Source: Candidatus Altimarinota bacterium
GTDB taxonomy: Bacteria; Patescibacteriota; Gracilibacteria; JANQMV01
Direction of reading: 5' to 3'
Assembly (NCBI GenBank): GCA_028279865.1
Contig: JANQMV010000010.1
Coordinates: 3,630-67,629 of the forward strand
Length of the DNA stretch: 64,000 bases
The translations under genes and the position numbers were made by a program. The notes under the pieces were generated by a model. That model was given only the letters and a program-made list of their open reading frames with translations, was not told where the DNA came from and searched no databases. Positions 29,960 to 41,016 of the stretch are shown one piece after another (within the stretch, counting starts at the first letter, position 1; each line of letters starts with the position of its first letter).

Positions 29960-31102
29960 ATGAAGAAAACAGTTGTTTGGACAGTCATTTTGCTTGTCGT
30001 GCTAACCTTCTCAATTGTATGGACTTACAACTGGTATTTGGGAAGATTTGCACCAAGTTTGCCTGATATAAGCTCAACGAAAAATGGTAGCGCTGTAGCT
30101 TATGTTGCAGGTGGATGTTTTTGGTGCACGGAAAGTGATTTTGAAAAATTGTATGGAGTAAGTGAGGTAGTTTCCGGATATATGGGAGGAGAGGTTGAAA
30201 ATCCAACTTATAAGCAGGTCACAGAAGGAAGCACCGGTCATAGGGAAATGGTCAAAATAACCTACGATCCGAATAAAATTAGCTATCGTCAATTAGTACT
30301 TGAGTTGATGCGAGAGACAGATCCTACCGATGCTGACGGTTCTTTTCATGACCGAGGTCACCAGTATACTTCAGCGGTTTATTACCAGAGTGAGTCAGAA
30401 AAAAATATTGCTGAGGATGTTATTAAAGAACTTGAAGCAAGAAATGTCTTTGATAAACCTATTGCAACAAGAGTAGAACCTGCCAGTACTTTTTGGATAG
30501 CTGAAAAGTATCATCAAGATTTTTATAAAAAAAGCAGTATCAGGTATAAATCTTATCGCAAGGGGTCAGGCAGAGATGCGTTTATAGAATCAGTTTGGGG
30601 TGGGGGAGAGTATGATGATTTATTTGAAAAAAAAGTAAATAACAGTGCTAGCAAATGGGAAAATTACCAAAAGCCAGATGATAAAACTTTGAGGGAAATT
30701 CTTACGCCGATTCAATATAAAGTCACCCAAGAAGACGGCACAGAGAAACCGTTTGATAATGAGTACTGGGACAATCATGAGGAAGGAATTTACGTAGATA
30801 TAGTTTCAGGAGAGCCACTATTTTCATCTACGGAAAAATTTGATTCCGGTACAGGATGGCCAAGTTTTCTCAGACCGCTTGATTTAGATTTTGTAACTGA
30901 AAGAGACGATTATAAATTACTTGTACGTCGTACGGAGATAAGAAGTAAGTATGCAGATTCACATTTAGGGCATATTATCTTAGACGGACCAATTTCAAAT
31001 AACAAAATCAGGTATTGCATGAATTCAGCGGCACTTCGATTCGTACCAAAAGATGAATTGGAAGAAGAGGGGCTTGGTGAATATCTTCCCTTATTTGATT
31101 AG
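29960..31102 (+). CDS. msrAB: Bifunctional methionine sulfoxide reductase MsrA/MsrB, membrane-anchored or secreted
   Basis: N-terminal TM segment. MsrA GGCFWCTE motif. Msr[12 protein letters not shown] with its upstream Cys motifs. Confidence 0.9.
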   Translation: MKKTVVWTVILLVVLTFSIVWTYNWYLGRFAPSLPDISSTKNGSAVAYVAGGCFWCTESDFEKLYGVSEVVSGYMGGEVENPTYKQVTEGSTGHREMVKITYDPNKISYRQLVLELMRETDPTDADGSFHDRGHQYTSAVYYQSESEKNIAEDVIKELEARNVFDKPIATRVEPASTFWIAEKYHQDFYKKSSIRYKSYRKGSGRDAFIESVWGGGEYDDLFEKKVNNSASKWENYQKPDDKTLREILTPIQYKVTQEDGTEKPFDNEYWDNHEEGIYVDIVSGEPLFSSTEKFDSGTGWPSFLRPLDLDFVTERDDYKLLVRRTEIRSKYADSHLGHIILDGPISNNKIRYCMNSAALRFVPKDELEEEGLGEYLPLFD

Positions 31103-31130
31103 GATTATTTTGCGAGCAGTTTGTGAACAA

Positions 31131-31904
31131 CTACTCTCCAAAATTAAAGCGATGATCTTGACCTGCTGGAATTTCTAAGTGTCCCAGTTTTTTCCAGCTT
31201 TCAGCTTCGTGAATAATTCTATCCATAACTTGAACAACTTTTTCAGGATATTTACCAATTGCGGTTTCTTCAGAAAGCATCACGGCATGACTACCTTCTA
31301 GGACGGCATTTGCCACATCAGATACTTCTGCCCGTGTAGGCGCTTGATTGTAAACCATCGACAAGAGCATCTCTGTAGCAACGATTACTTTTTTCTTTTT
31401 CTCTTCACAAGCAAGTAGAATTTCTTTTTGGACAAACGGAACTTTTTCAATGGGAATTGATTCTCCTAAGTCACCACGTGCCACCATGATTGCGTCAGCT
31501 TCATCCAGAATTTCTTCAAAGTTATCCAGCGCTTGAGTTGTTTCTATTTTTCCTACGAGAGTGGTCGCAAGTTTTGCTTCAGCGAGAATTTGTTGAAGTT
31601 CCTTAACTTCGTCAGCTTCCTTGATGTAGGAAAGAGCAACGTATGCAGGCTTTTGTTCAAACACTAAGTTGATATTTTCTTGTGATGATAATCCGGGTAG
31701 GTCTATCAAAATCTCTATAGGTTTTTCTAGCTCTTGAGCTATTCCTCGAATTCTATCAATGACCAGACTGTGCTGTGGAGGTGTGTCATGTTTTAAATTA
31801 AAACGAAAAATATTCGCACCTGCTAAGATAAGTTCTCTTATAATAGAGGCTTCTTTTGAGGTCGGACCGATAGTTGAAACGATTTTTGTTTTTCTATTTT
31901 GCAT
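31131..31904 (-). CDS. pyk: Pyruvate kinase-like protein consisting of the A (TIM-barrel) domain only
   Basis: KTKIVSTIGPTS, FRFNLKH, GKIET, MVARGDLG, ATEMLLSM, PTRAEVSDVANAV and MLSEETAIGKYP are all present. The B-domain insert after DLPG and the whole C domain are missing. Genuine TAG stop. Confidence 0.7.
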   Translation of the reverse strand: MQNRKTKIVSTIGPTSKEASIIRELILAGANIFRFNLKHDTPPQHSLVIDRIRGIAQELEKPIEILIDLPGLSSQENINLVFEQKPAYVALSYIKEADEVKELQQILAEAKLATTLVGKIETTQALDNFEEILDEADAIMVARGDLGESIPIEKVPFVQKEILLACEEKKKKVIVATEMLLSMVYNQAPTRAEVSDVANAVLEGSHAVMLSEETAIGKYPEKVVQVMDRIIHEAESWKKLGHLEIPAGQDHRFNFGE

Positions 31905-32144
31905 TTTATTTTTTATAAATCTAGGTAGATTATAGCCTTGATCAATCTTTTTAAAAAGCTTTTTCTTTACACACTATTTTATAAAAATTTGAGTGTTTTC
32001 TTTTTTTATAAGAAAGAATTGGTAAGTATTTAGATTTATAGGCTTAAGCCAGCCCAAATGAAAAAAAAGCTTAACCAAACAAAACTATAATATTGGGTTT
32101 TGTTATTTTGAGGTATAATCCAAGAAGTTATAATCAAAAAAAAA

Positions 32145-33317
32145 ATGAAAGAGCAGAATTATCAGTCATTCCTCCGTAATTACTATTTAAGTCTTTTTTT
32201 CTACGACTTCGTCTTCGCATATGCGATTTACAACGTCCTTTTTAGCATAAAAGGACTATCTGTTTCTGAAATATCAATCCTCTTGGCTTGCTGGTCGCTG
32301 ACCAGTATTTTGTTTGAAATTCCTTCGGGAGCTCTTGCTGATTATTGGAGCAGGAGAAAAATTCTCATACTGGCCCCACTCATAAAATCATTCTGTTTCA
32401 TTACTTGGTTCTTTGCAAATGGTGATTTTTATCTTTATGCACTGGGTTTTTTCTTTTGGAGTATCGGCTACTCCCTTGTTTCAGGTACAAGAGAAGCATT
32501 ACTATATGATGAATTAACTTTTTTTAATAAAACAAAAGTTTACGAAAAAGCATTAAGTAAGAAAAACTTTTATTTCTACCTTTCCATTGGTATATCAAGT
32601 GTTTTGGGAGGAATGATCGCGCACTATGATCTTGATTATGTTCTTATTCTTTCCGTAATACCTCTTTTGTTTTCAAGCTTTTTTGCATTTTGCATGCCGG
32701 AATCAAAAAAAGTAAAATCAACAGAGGAAATTCATTACTTAAAATTTATCAAGCTTGCGTATAAAGAAGTCAAAAGCAACAAACTGCTATTTTATTTCTT
32801 CATCTACTCTCTGGGAATTTCAATCTTATCCAATTTGGAAGAATTTGATCAATTGTATTTTGAACTAGCGAAATTACCGATTTTTTATTTTGGAATAGCA
32901 GGTTTGATTTGGGCAATTTTTAATGCAACAGGCTCTTACTTTGCTCACAAATTGAAGCGTTTTACTTTTATCTACTTTTTAATTCCGTTTTTATGCTTTG
33001 TGCTTTTGCTATTTGCCGGACTTTTTCCCAGTATTCCAATGATCGGATTGCTGCTTTTAACACATTTGCTAGCTTCTCCATTATACACTTTAATTGAGAG
33101 TAAAATTCAGCATAGTATTAAGTCAAAAAGCCGGGCAACAGTCACCTCGGTAAATTCTTTAATTATAAATTTTTTTAGTATCGGAATTGTTTTAATTTTC
33201 GGGCAAATCAGCGAAATCTGGAATCTGCAATCCATTTATTTGGCATCCGGATTTTTCTTGCTTGTCTTTACTTTTTGGGTAATTTCTAAAAGAAAAATTT
33301 TCAATACCGGTCGATAG
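32145..33317 (+). CDS. MFS transporter
   Basis: 390 aa with about 12 TM helices. GALADYWSRRK loop motif between TM2 and TM3. Confidence 0.75.
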   Translation: MKEQNYQSFLRNYYLSLFFYDFVFAYAIYNVLFSIKGLSVSEISILLACWSLTSILFEIPSGALADYWSRRKILILAPLIKSFCFITWFFANGDFYLYALGFFFWSIGYSLVSGTREALLYDELTFFNKTKVYEKALSKKNFYFYLSIGISSVLGGMIAHYDLDYVLILSVIPLLFSSFFAFCMPESKKVKSTEEIHYLKFIKLAYKEVKSNKLLFYFFIYSLGISILSNLEEFDQLYFELAKLPIFYFGIAGLIWAIFNATGSYFAHKLKRFTFIYFLIPFLCFVLLLFAGLFPSIPMIGLLLLTHLLASPLYTLIESKIQHSIKSKSRATVTSVNSLIINFFSIGIVLIFGQISEIWNLQSIYLASGFFLLVFTFWVISKRKIFNTGR

Positions 33318-33469
33318 AATCATTTTTCAAGAAAATAAAGTCCTAATAAACTTCAATCCTCACCGTACAATAATCCGATTTCATAATATTTTTATCAAGT
33401 TATTTTTTAAACTCACTTTTATCTTTAAAAAGCAAAGAAGCTATTAAGCTGTGCCAAATTGATTAAGTT

Positions 33470-33721
33470 TTATGATGATCTTGGTTTCCAATCCATTTTC
33501 ATATATTTATTGCCATTTCTTAATTCTTCAAGCATTTCTTCTAAGCGCTTCAGTTTTGTGTCTTTTCGTTTTGCAAGATTAATCCAACCAAGGTAGTCAT
33601 TTTGCTGGTAAGGTGGACGGTTTTGATAAGCATCTAAAAGTTTGTTTTCCTTGAGTGCTTTTTTTACAAAAGATGGCATTGGTTCGATTGCTCTTTTTAA
33701 ATGAGATAAATTTTGCTTCAT
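33470..33721 (-). CDS. YdeI/OmpD-associated family protein
   Basis: 83 aa. PSFVKKALKEN...AYQNRPPYQQNDYLGWINLAKRKDTKLKRLEEMLEEL, typical of the family. Confidence 0.6.
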   Translation of the reverse strand: MKQNLSHLKRAIEPMPSFVKKALKENKLLDAYQNRPPYQQNDYLGWINLAKRKDTKLKRLEEMLEELRNGNKYMKMDWKPRSS

Positions 33722-33922
33722 AATAAAGCGAGCTAATAAATAATTTGTAAAAGTAGTATAGCTTGTTTTTAGATTTTCTTCATTATTTTCCTAAGAACTT
33801 CAAACTCTTGAAAAAAGATTTTTTCCGCAGAATTCTCAAAATCACCCTAACTGTAATTCTGTAGTTAGTTTTTTTATTCAACTATCTTTGAAATTATTCT
33901 GAAAGAACTTAAGAAATAAGAC

Positions 33923-35242
33923 TTAAGCTGCAACTTTTTTAAGTTTTTCTCTAGGTAAGAAATATTGTCCTGTTTGCATGAGTTCTTTAAGTTTGTGTAA
34001 ATTTGCCTTCATTTTACTTGTATCAATCCCTTTGCCGCTTTGTATTTCCTGAGGAAAAATTATTGTGATACAAACCCCCGTTTCCTTGGGAATTTTTCCA
34101 AAAACGTTGTCTATCATGACGGCTCCATTACGCATTTCAAGATGTTCATACATTGTATTTAAACCTATTCCTGTCCCACCTGTTCCTGTGGTGAATCCAT
34201 CTAAAAATAAAGTTGTGACAGGGTCGATTTGATTTAAAGAGGCCTGGCGTGACCCTTTTTTAATAGCATCAACGATAACTTGCACCCTAGGATGCAATTT
34301 TTCCGCTTGATAATCTTCAAGTTCTAACATTTTTTGCTGAATTTTCGTAAGGTCAAGTAGTCTTCCGGAATTAAAAACTTCAATAGCTACATATTTTTTA
34401 CCTCGGTAAGTTATTTCAAAAACATTATTTTCAATCACAAGATCCTCTGGATTTGCCCCATTCTTAAGTTCTTGAGCAGTTATTTTGCCTGCATTGGAGT
34501 TTGGGTTATAAAGTTTTTCTATTAAGTCATGAAGGTCAACAGGAACCTCAATGTCTGGATCCTGCGCACTAATGCTGACCTGAATTGCATTTTGATCCGG
34601 AGCAGGTTCTTCGTTTACGAATTGAAGTTTCGGGTTGAAGAGGATTCTTGATTTTAGAGAAACTCTCATTGCTTCAATAACCTTACAGGAAGCAGGGATG
34701 GACTCTTTTGAGCCAATTTTTTCTTGAATAATAGACTTAATGCTTTGAAGGTGGGCAATCGTTTGCTCAAGCAAAGCTCCAATATTGTTGAAGCACCTTA
34801 AAATTTTTTTATTTGAGAAATCATCGTCACCTCCAGGTAAATCTCCAACAAAAAAATCTCCAACTGCATCTGAAAAAGACTGATATGCAATGTTTCCTAT
34901 ATTATGACTTAGGTATTCCTCATTTTTCCATGGAGTTATTTCTAAGATAGAATTGTATTTGTAAAATTCGTTCTTGACTGAGGAAAATGTTTGGTCATGA
35001 CTTATTAAATCCAATAAATGTGAGTATCTCTCAAACTTTTCATCTTCGCTGAATTTTAATATCTCTGCTAGAGTCTTTGCATTAAGCAGCTCCGGACTTT
35101 GGCTGAAAATTTTTTCTATACGAATTTTAAGCTTTTCTAAAGCTTTAATTTGTTTCTGAAGATATGCGATACATTCTAGGGCTAAATCTTTATCAATTGG
35201 TTCTTTGGCTACCTCTGCTGATTGTGGAGCTTTTTCTGTCAT
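33923..35242 (-). CDS. Orphan GHKL (histidine-kinase-like) ATPase domain protein
   Basis: C-terminal N-box-like LIEKLYNPNSNAGK, G1-like EVFNSGRLLD and G2 GTGGTGIGLN. No recognisable DHp/H-box, sensor TM helices or adjacent response regulator. Confidence 0.5.
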   Translation of the reverse strand: MTEKAPQSAEVAKEPIDKDLALECIAYLQKQIKALEKLKIRIEKIFSQSPELLNAKTLAEILKFSEDEKFERYSHLLDLISHDQTFSSVKNEFYKYNSILEITPWKNEEYLSHNIGNIAYQSFSDAVGDFFVGDLPGGDDDFSNKKILRCFNNIGALLEQTIAHLQSIKSIIQEKIGSKESIPASCKVIEAMRVSLKSRILFNPKLQFVNEEPAPDQNAIQVSISAQDPDIEVPVDLHDLIEKLYNPNSNAGKITAQELKNGANPEDLVIENNVFEITYRGKKYVAIEVFNSGRLLDLTKIQQKMLELEDYQAEKLHPRVQVIVDAIKKGSRQASLNQIDPVTTLFLDGFTTGTGGTGIGLNTMYEHLEMRNGAVMIDNVFGKIPKETGVCITIIFPQEIQSGKGIDTSKMKANLHKLKELMQTGQYFLPREKLKKVAA

Positions 35243-35410
35243 AAAAAAGTCTAAAAGTTGTGCATTTTAACAATGTAGTAGTTTTTTGTCAAATAAAAAA
35301 AGGATAGTCGCCTTATTTAAGGCAAAAAAACCTTTTGTTTTGAAGTAAAAATATGATAGTATTTTGCTGAAGGAAACCTTCAGATTTTTACCCTTAATTT
35401 AAATAAAAAA

Positions 35411-38152
35411 GTGGAAAACGAAAATAACTTCGAAGAAAGTCTTTTTGCTGATAGCGTAAAACCACGTGAATTAGTTTCGGAAATGCAGGATTGCTACCTT
35501 GATTACGCGATGTCTGTGATTGTTTCACGCGCTCTTCCCGACGTACGTGACGGACTTAAACCCGTGCATCGCCGTATCTTGTACGCAATGCACGAGATTG
35601 GTCTTCGTAGTAGTGCTAAATTCCGTAAGTCCGCTTTGGTAGTCGGTGATGTGTTGGGTAAATATCATCCGCATGGAGATAGTGCCGTATATGATTCAAT
35701 GGTACGCATGGCTCAGGAGTTCAGTTTGCGTTATCCGTTGGTTAACGGACAAGGTAACTTTGGTTCGATTGACGGAGATAGTCCGGCGGCGATGAGGTAT
35801 ACCGAGGCGAAAATGCAAAAAATGTCGGATGAAGTTTTAGCTGATATCGAAAAAGAAACCGTTGACTTTAGAGATAATTATGATGGCTCGCGCAAGGAAC
35901 CGGTGGTACTTCCTTCTAGGGTACCCAATTTGCTCTTGAACGGAACCATGGGGATTGCGGTTGGTATGGCGACGAATATCCCGCCGCATAATCTGGGGGA
36001 ATTGATTGATGGGGTGAACTTCCTGGCTGACAATCCGGAGAGTACTGTAGATGATTTAATGGAATTCATCAAAGCGCCTGACTTTCCGACAGGAGGTCTG
36101 GTTTATGACCTTGAAGCAATTCGTACGGCTTATAACACAGGTCGCGGCTCTGTGATTATGCGCGGTCGTGCTGAAATTAAAGAGGTAAAAAATAAATCCA
36201 GAATTGTGATTACGGAAATTCCATATCAAGTTAACAAAGCTGCTTTAGTGACAAAAATTGCAGACCTTGTACGTGATAAGAAAATTATCGGAATTTCTGA
36301 TTTACGTGACGAATCAAGTCGTGACGGTATTCGCATTGTAGTTGAACTCAAAAAAGATGCCTTCCCCAAAAAAATCCTGAATCAGATTTATAAATTCACA
36401 AATCTACAAACATCGTTTGGTTTCAATATGATTGCTTTGGAAGACGGAATTCAACCAAAGCTTTTTGATCTGAAAGGAATTCTAAGTGAATTCATCAAGC
36501 ATCGTAAAATTGTGATTACCAATCGTGTTAAGTATGAGTTAAGGATTGCCGAAGCCAGAGCACATATCCTAGAAGGACTCAAAAGTGCACTTGACCACAT
36601 TGATGAAGTGATTGACACCATTCGTAATGCACCGACCAAAGAAGAGGCTAAGGTCGATTTGATTGCCAAGTTTGAGTTCAGCGAACTCCAAGCTGACGCG
36701 ATTTTACAAATGCGTTTACAAACACTTGCCGGACTGGAGCGTCAAAAAATTGAAGACGAACTCAAAGAAAAACTGGATTTTATCGCCGAATGTAAGGCGA
36801 TTTTAGGTGATCCGCAGAGAGTGCTTGATATTATGAAAGAAGAGCTTGGAGAAATTCGTAATCGTTACGCCGACGAACGTCGTACGGAAATCGTGCCGCA
36901 CGGACTTGGCAAATTCAGCGCCAAAGACACTATTCCGAACGAACCGATGATTATCACTCTAACCAAAGAGAATTACATCAAACGTATTTCTCCGACAACT
37001 TACCGCGCCCAAAACCGCGGTGGAAAAGGTATTATCGGCGCAAAAATGAAAGAAGAAGATTCGGTTAAACACATGCTGCATACATCGAATCACAACAATA
37101 TTCTTTATTTCACCAATAAAGGACGTGTTTTCAAATTACCCGCGTATGAAGTTCCTCAAGCATCCAGAACAGCCAAAGGACAAGCAATTGTAAACTTCCT
37201 GAACCTGGAAAAAGATGAAACAGTCACTGCCTTACTCGACTACACACGACGCAGAGGAAAATACATGTTTATGGCAACTAAAAAAGGAACAGTGAAGAAG
37301 ACAAATCTTGATGATTTTGCGAATGTAAGAAAATCAGGTTTGATTGCTATCAAATTGCGCGATGACGACTTATTACAATGGGTCAGATTTACCGATGATG
37401 ACAATGAAGTAGTACTTGTCACACGCGAAGGAAAATGTATTCGTTTCAATGAAGGAGATGTGCGCTCCATGGGACGCGCCAGTATGGGAGTGCGTGGAAT
37501 TCGCCTCAAACCAAAAGATTATGTTGTGGAAATGGATGTTGTTCATACCGATCCGGAAAAAGCACGCTTGCTTGTCGTTATGGAAAACGGACTTGGCAAA
37601 AACACAAAAATCACAGCATATCGCTTCCAAAATCGCGGCGGCTCAGGAGTAAAGACAGCAAATTTAACAACAAAAACCGGTAAGGTCGTCGGAGCCAAGG
37701 TTTTGTTTGAAGATGATAAGGGTGATTTGATCATGATCTCAAAACAAGGACAAATGATCAGAATGAGTATTGATGATATCCCCACACGCGGTCGTGCCAC
37801 TCAAGGTGTCATTATGATGCGCATGAAAAAAGGTGACAAAGTATCATCTATTTCTTTAATCAGGATAGAAGAAAATGTAAGTGAAAAACCTGCACAACCG
37901 AAAAAAGAAGCCCCTAAAGCCAAGGAAATTAAAGCAGATAACTTACAGTTAGACCTTGGGGCAGAAGAGGAAAATCCAAACGGACAAGTCAAAAAGGCTA
38001 GTCCGAGTTCTGCTAAAAAGGAAAAAACCGAAAGCAAAAAGACTGTTTTTAAAGAAGCTGCTGAAAAAAAATCCATCAAAACAGATGAAGGTGTTATGCC
38101 GCTTGATTTTGAAGAGGAGAAACCGGATGTGTTTATTGATCCAGATGTTTAG
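35411..38152 (+). CDS. gyrA: DNA gyrase subunit A
   Basis: GTG start. [45 protein letters not shown], and a beta-pinwheel C-terminal domain. Ends in a K/E-rich tail of about 100 aa. Confidence 0.95.
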   Translation: MENENNFEESLFADSVKPRELVSEMQDCYLDYAMSVIVSRALPDVRDGLKPVHRRILYAMHEIGLRSSAKFRKSALVVGDVLGKYHPHGDSAVYDSMVRMAQEFSLRYPLVNGQGNFGSIDGDSPAAMRYTEAKMQKMSDEVLADIEKETVDFRDNYDGSRKEPVVLPSRVPNLLLNGTMGIAVGMATNIPPHNLGELIDGVNFLADNPESTVDDLMEFIKAPDFPTGGLVYDLEAIRTAYNTGRGSVIMRGRAEIKEVKNKSRIVITEIPYQVNKAALVTKIADLVRDKKIIGISDLRDESSRDGIRIVVELKKDAFPKKILNQIYKFTNLQTSFGFNMIALEDGIQPKLFDLKGILSEFIKHRKIVITNRVKYELRIAEARAHILEGLKSALDHIDEVIDTIRNAPTKEEAKVDLIAKFEFSELQADAILQMRLQTLAGLERQKIEDELKEKLDFIAECKAILGDPQRVLDIMKEELGEIRNRYADERRTEIVPHGLGKFSAKDTIPNEPMIITLTKENYIKRISPTTYRAQNRGGKGIIGAKMKEEDSVKHMLHTSNHNNILYFTNKGRVFKLPAYEVPQASRTAKGQAIVNFLNLEKDETVTALLDYTRRRGKYMFMATKKGTVKKTNLDDFANVRKSGLIAIKLRDDDLLQWVRFTDDDNEVVLVTREGKCIRFNEGDVRSMGRASMGVRGIRLKPKDYVVEMDVVHTDPEKARLLVVMENGLGKNTKITAYRFQNRGGSGVKTANLTTKTGKVVGAKVLFEDDKGDLIMISKQGQMIRMSIDDIPTRGRATQGVIMMRMKKGDKVSSISLIRIEENVSEKPAQPKKEAPKAKEIKADNLQLDLGAEEENPNGQVKKASPSSAKKEKTESKKTVFKEAAEKKSIKTDEGVMPLDFEEEKPDVFIDPDV

Positions 38153-38210
38153 ATTTTTAAATAAAAAACTCTCATACATTTAAGAGATTTATCCAATAAC
38201 ACCTAAAGCC

Positions 38211-39581
38211 ATGCAAAAAACAAAATTAAAAATGGGGATTATTATTTGTTTTGCTCTTGCAATTTTTACTGGTGCGCAAGCAGCTGATTTTCCGAACGAC
38301 TTAGTTTTAAATCCGAGCAGTGTTTATTTCTCAAAAGAGATTCCCATTGTTGATTCAAATCTTAGAATTTATGCGAGTGTGACAAATAATTCTGCGCAGG
38401 ATCTTTCGGGTACTGTTAAATTTTATGACGAAAAAATGCAAATGCAAATTGGTGTTGATCAGCCTATTTCCGTGTTGGCGGGAAGTACGGATGATGTTTT
38501 TGTTGATTTTCAAATTAAAGGTTACGGAGATCATCCTATTGCAGTGCGTGTGATTCCTTGGTCTGTAGATGGTGATAATCCGGATAATAACAAAGTAATA
38601 AAAAATGTTTTTGTTGATTATGATACCGATGGAGACGGAATTCCAAACAGTCAGGATATTGACGATGACAATGACGGTTGTAATGATGTTGATGATGATT
38701 TACCTTATGATAAGTCTGATTGTAAAGACACCGATGGTGACAAAATCGGTGATAAAATTGATCCGGATGATGACAATGATGAACTTTTGGACATTGAAGA
38801 ACTTGAAAAAGGCACTGATCCTCTTTTATACGATACCGATGGAGACGGCATTAATGATAAAGATGATCTTTATCCACTGGATAAAACAAAAAGCGCCGAT
38901 ACCGACGGAGATGGCATTGCAGACGAGGAGGATAGTGATGATGATAATGATGGATGTCCCGATTCGGAAGACCATTTTCCCTTGAATGCCGCGGAATGCT
39001 TAGATACTGATGGAGACGGAATCGGCAACAATCAAGACGATGATGATGATAACGATGGACTAAAAGACTTTGAAGAAGAGAGCATAACTTCTACCGATCC
39101 GCTTTTGTATGACACGGATGGAGATGGTGTTAATGATAAAGATGATGCTTTTCCATTGGATCCAAATGAGTCAGTCGATAGTGACCAAGACGGGCTTGGA
39201 GATAATGCTGATCCAAATGATGAAAATGCTGGTCCGATTGCTGTTCTTTATACAACTACTTTAATCACTAAAGCAGGTAAAGCCGTTGAATTCGATGCGA
39301 CTGCTTCGATTGATTCAGACGGTACAATTGTAGATTTTGAATGGGATTTTGGAGATTCATCTCCAAAAAAGAAAGGTCAAACCATTAGTCATATTTACGA
39401 AGAACCGGGGAACTATCTCGTGAGTTTGAAGGTGACAGATGATAAAGAAGAAAGCCGAATCAAAACAGTTGAAATGATCGTAAAAAGGGATTTAATGAAA
39501 GTCTATGTCTTAATTTCTTTTGGATTAGTGCTTCTTTTCATTGCAGGCTTGAAGAAAATTGTTGATGGTGTGGAGGATTAG
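38211..39581 (+). CDS. Secreted protein with thrombospondin type-3 calcium-binding repeats, a PKD domain and a C-terminal TM anchor
   Basis: Signal peptide. Repeated DTDGDGIxNxxDxDDDNDG units. PKD signature FDATASIDSDG...WDFGD...HIYEEPGNYLVSLKVTD. Terminal hydrophobic helix. Confidence 0.8.
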   Translation: MQKTKLKMGIIICFALAIFTGAQAADFPNDLVLNPSSVYFSKEIPIVDSNLRIYASVTNNSAQDLSGTVKFYDEKMQMQIGVDQPISVLAGSTDDVFVDFQIKGYGDHPIAVRVIPWSVDGDNPDNNKVIKNVFVDYDTDGDGIPNSQDIDDDNDGCNDVDDDLPYDKSDCKDTDGDKIGDKIDPDDDNDELLDIEELEKGTDPLLYDTDGDGINDKDDLYPLDKTKSADTDGDGIADEEDSDDDNDGCPDSEDHFPLNAAECLDTDGDGIGNNQDDDDDNDGLKDFEEESITSTDPLLYDTDGDGVNDKDDAFPLDPNESVDSDQDGLGDNADPNDENAGPIAVLYTTTLITKAGKAVEFDATASIDSDGTIVDFEWDFGDSSPKKKGQTISHIYEEPGNYLVSLKVTDDKEESRIKTVEMIVKRDLMKVYVLISFGLVLLFIAGLKKIVDGVED

Positions 39582-39648
39582 GTTAGATGTGGGGTGTTTG
39601 ATGATGGATGTTTTTTAGGTTCAGGTTTTGTGACTTGAGCCTTTTTTA

Positions 39649-40962
39649 TTATTCATAGAGATCTCTTTCCATTTCAACCGTGAGATCAAATATATTTCGA
39701 GTAGCTTCCTTTATTAGTTCCAGAATTGTTTCTTCCTTGATGTTCATTTCTTTTGCTTTTTCAATAGCTACATTTACAACGGTTTGTCTTTTTTCAGGTT
39801 CTTTATCTAGTAATAAATCTAATTTTTTCCAGATATAATTTGACATCGCGTGAGGATTTAGGAAATCTATTTCAACACTTGAAACTGCAAGAAAAACGAA
39901 GTTTTCAATTTCATTAACAATTACTTTTATAATTGCATCTGCTTCAATTCTACTACAAAATTCTGAGATGGAATTTTTAGCTGCTGTTAGTCTATTATTT
40001 TTTTCTTGTTTATCTATTTTGTAAGCTGGTTCATTGGTTTTTATTAGTCGATTTATTCTTCCCATTTGAATTCTGCTGGTTCTTATGCCTTTGTGGTTGT
40101 TTTTGTTTCCTTGGCATACCACAGAAAATTGTGCTCCTCCATAATAATCCTGATGCTTCATTTCTATAGGTCGAACAATATTTAAATCTTTTGGTAAAAT
40201 TATGTCTTCTTCTGGAATATCTGTTGTTAAAAGAACTACAAAATCATTTCTTAATGTCTGAATAGTATGTGCAAAAAATTCTAGATTGATATTTTTCGGA
40301 GAAGGGTGAATTAGTAATGCGGCATCAAATTGACCAAGTTGTTTTGCGGCATTTTCGCAGCGACAGGGAATATATTGAAATGTAGTATTGCCATCTTGAA
40401 ATCTAGCTTGAGAGTCAAATATATCTATTCCCGTAATACTAACTCTTGTTTTGTCTGAGATATCTAAAAAAGTTCTTATATCTTTAATAAGTCCACGTTC
40501 TAAATATAAGTCTTTTGGATTATTTCCACATCCTATATCGATGATTTTTATTTCTGCAGGATCTTGTTTTTCAGAACTATAAATATTTTTTGCTTTTGTA
40601 ATAATATCTCTAAAAAACTCATCATTAATTTTAAAAGCAATTGGCAGAGTTTCACCGTTTAGTCTAATGCCGTATTTAAAGTTCAATTGACCAATAACGT
40701 AATCAAATAAATCTTGTACTGTTAATTGATTTAATTCGTATATTAATTGATCTAATTTAAAATAATTATATGCGCGTATTTTTTTAACCTCCCCGTTATT
40801 ATCTATTGTTAAACAGGCTTCATTAATTAAATTTTCTATTCTTTCTTCAATAAGCGCTAAAACAAGGTCTGCCTCTTGAGTAGACCTCTTTAATAATTCT
40901 ATTTGAGCAGAAATACCTTTTATTTTTGTGTGGTAACTTTCGTGTGTTCTCACATTATTCAA
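39649..40962 (-). CDS. Hypothetical protein with a possible Rossmann/SAM-methyltransferase-like core
   Basis: 437 aa, TTG start. IIDIGCGNNP (motif I-like) and ITGIDIFD (motif II-like). The rest is unrecognised. AT-rich. Confidence 0.4.
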   Translation of the reverse strand: MNNVRTHESYHTKIKGISAQIELLKRSTQEADLVLALIEERIENLINEACLTIDNNGEVKKIRAYNYFKLDQLIYELNQLTVQDLFDYVIGQLNFKYGIRLNGETLPIAFKINDEFFRDIITKAKNIYSSEKQDPAEIKIIDIGCGNNPKDLYLERGLIKDIRTFLDISDKTRVSITGIDIFDSQARFQDGNTTFQYIPCRCENAAKQLGQFDAALLIHPSPKNINLEFFAHTIQTLRNDFVVLLTTDIPEEDIILPKDLNIVRPIEMKHQDYYGGAQFSVVCQGNKNNHKGIRTSRIQMGRINRLIKTNEPAYKIDKQEKNNRLTAAKNSISEFCSRIEADAIIKVIVNEIENFVFLAVSSVEIDFLNPHAMSNYIWKKLDLLLDKEPEKRQTVVNVAIEKAKEMNIKEETILELIKEATRNIFDLTVEMERDLYE

Positions 40963-41016
40963 TAAAGGCTTCTATTCTATTAAATATTGATTTTTTGGTC
41001 AATGTAAATCTCATTT

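Noticed and set aside
37240-38183. Many overlapping or antisense track ORFs lie inside gyrA. Similar ORFs lie inside other long genes (38605-38985 in the TSP3 gene, 46460-46954 in murC, 17277-17965 in the SLH gene, 53594-54182, 55252-55623).
   Set aside because: They lie within strongly supported genes, have low-complexity or repetitive translations that mirror the sense strand, and match no family. They are shadow ORFs.
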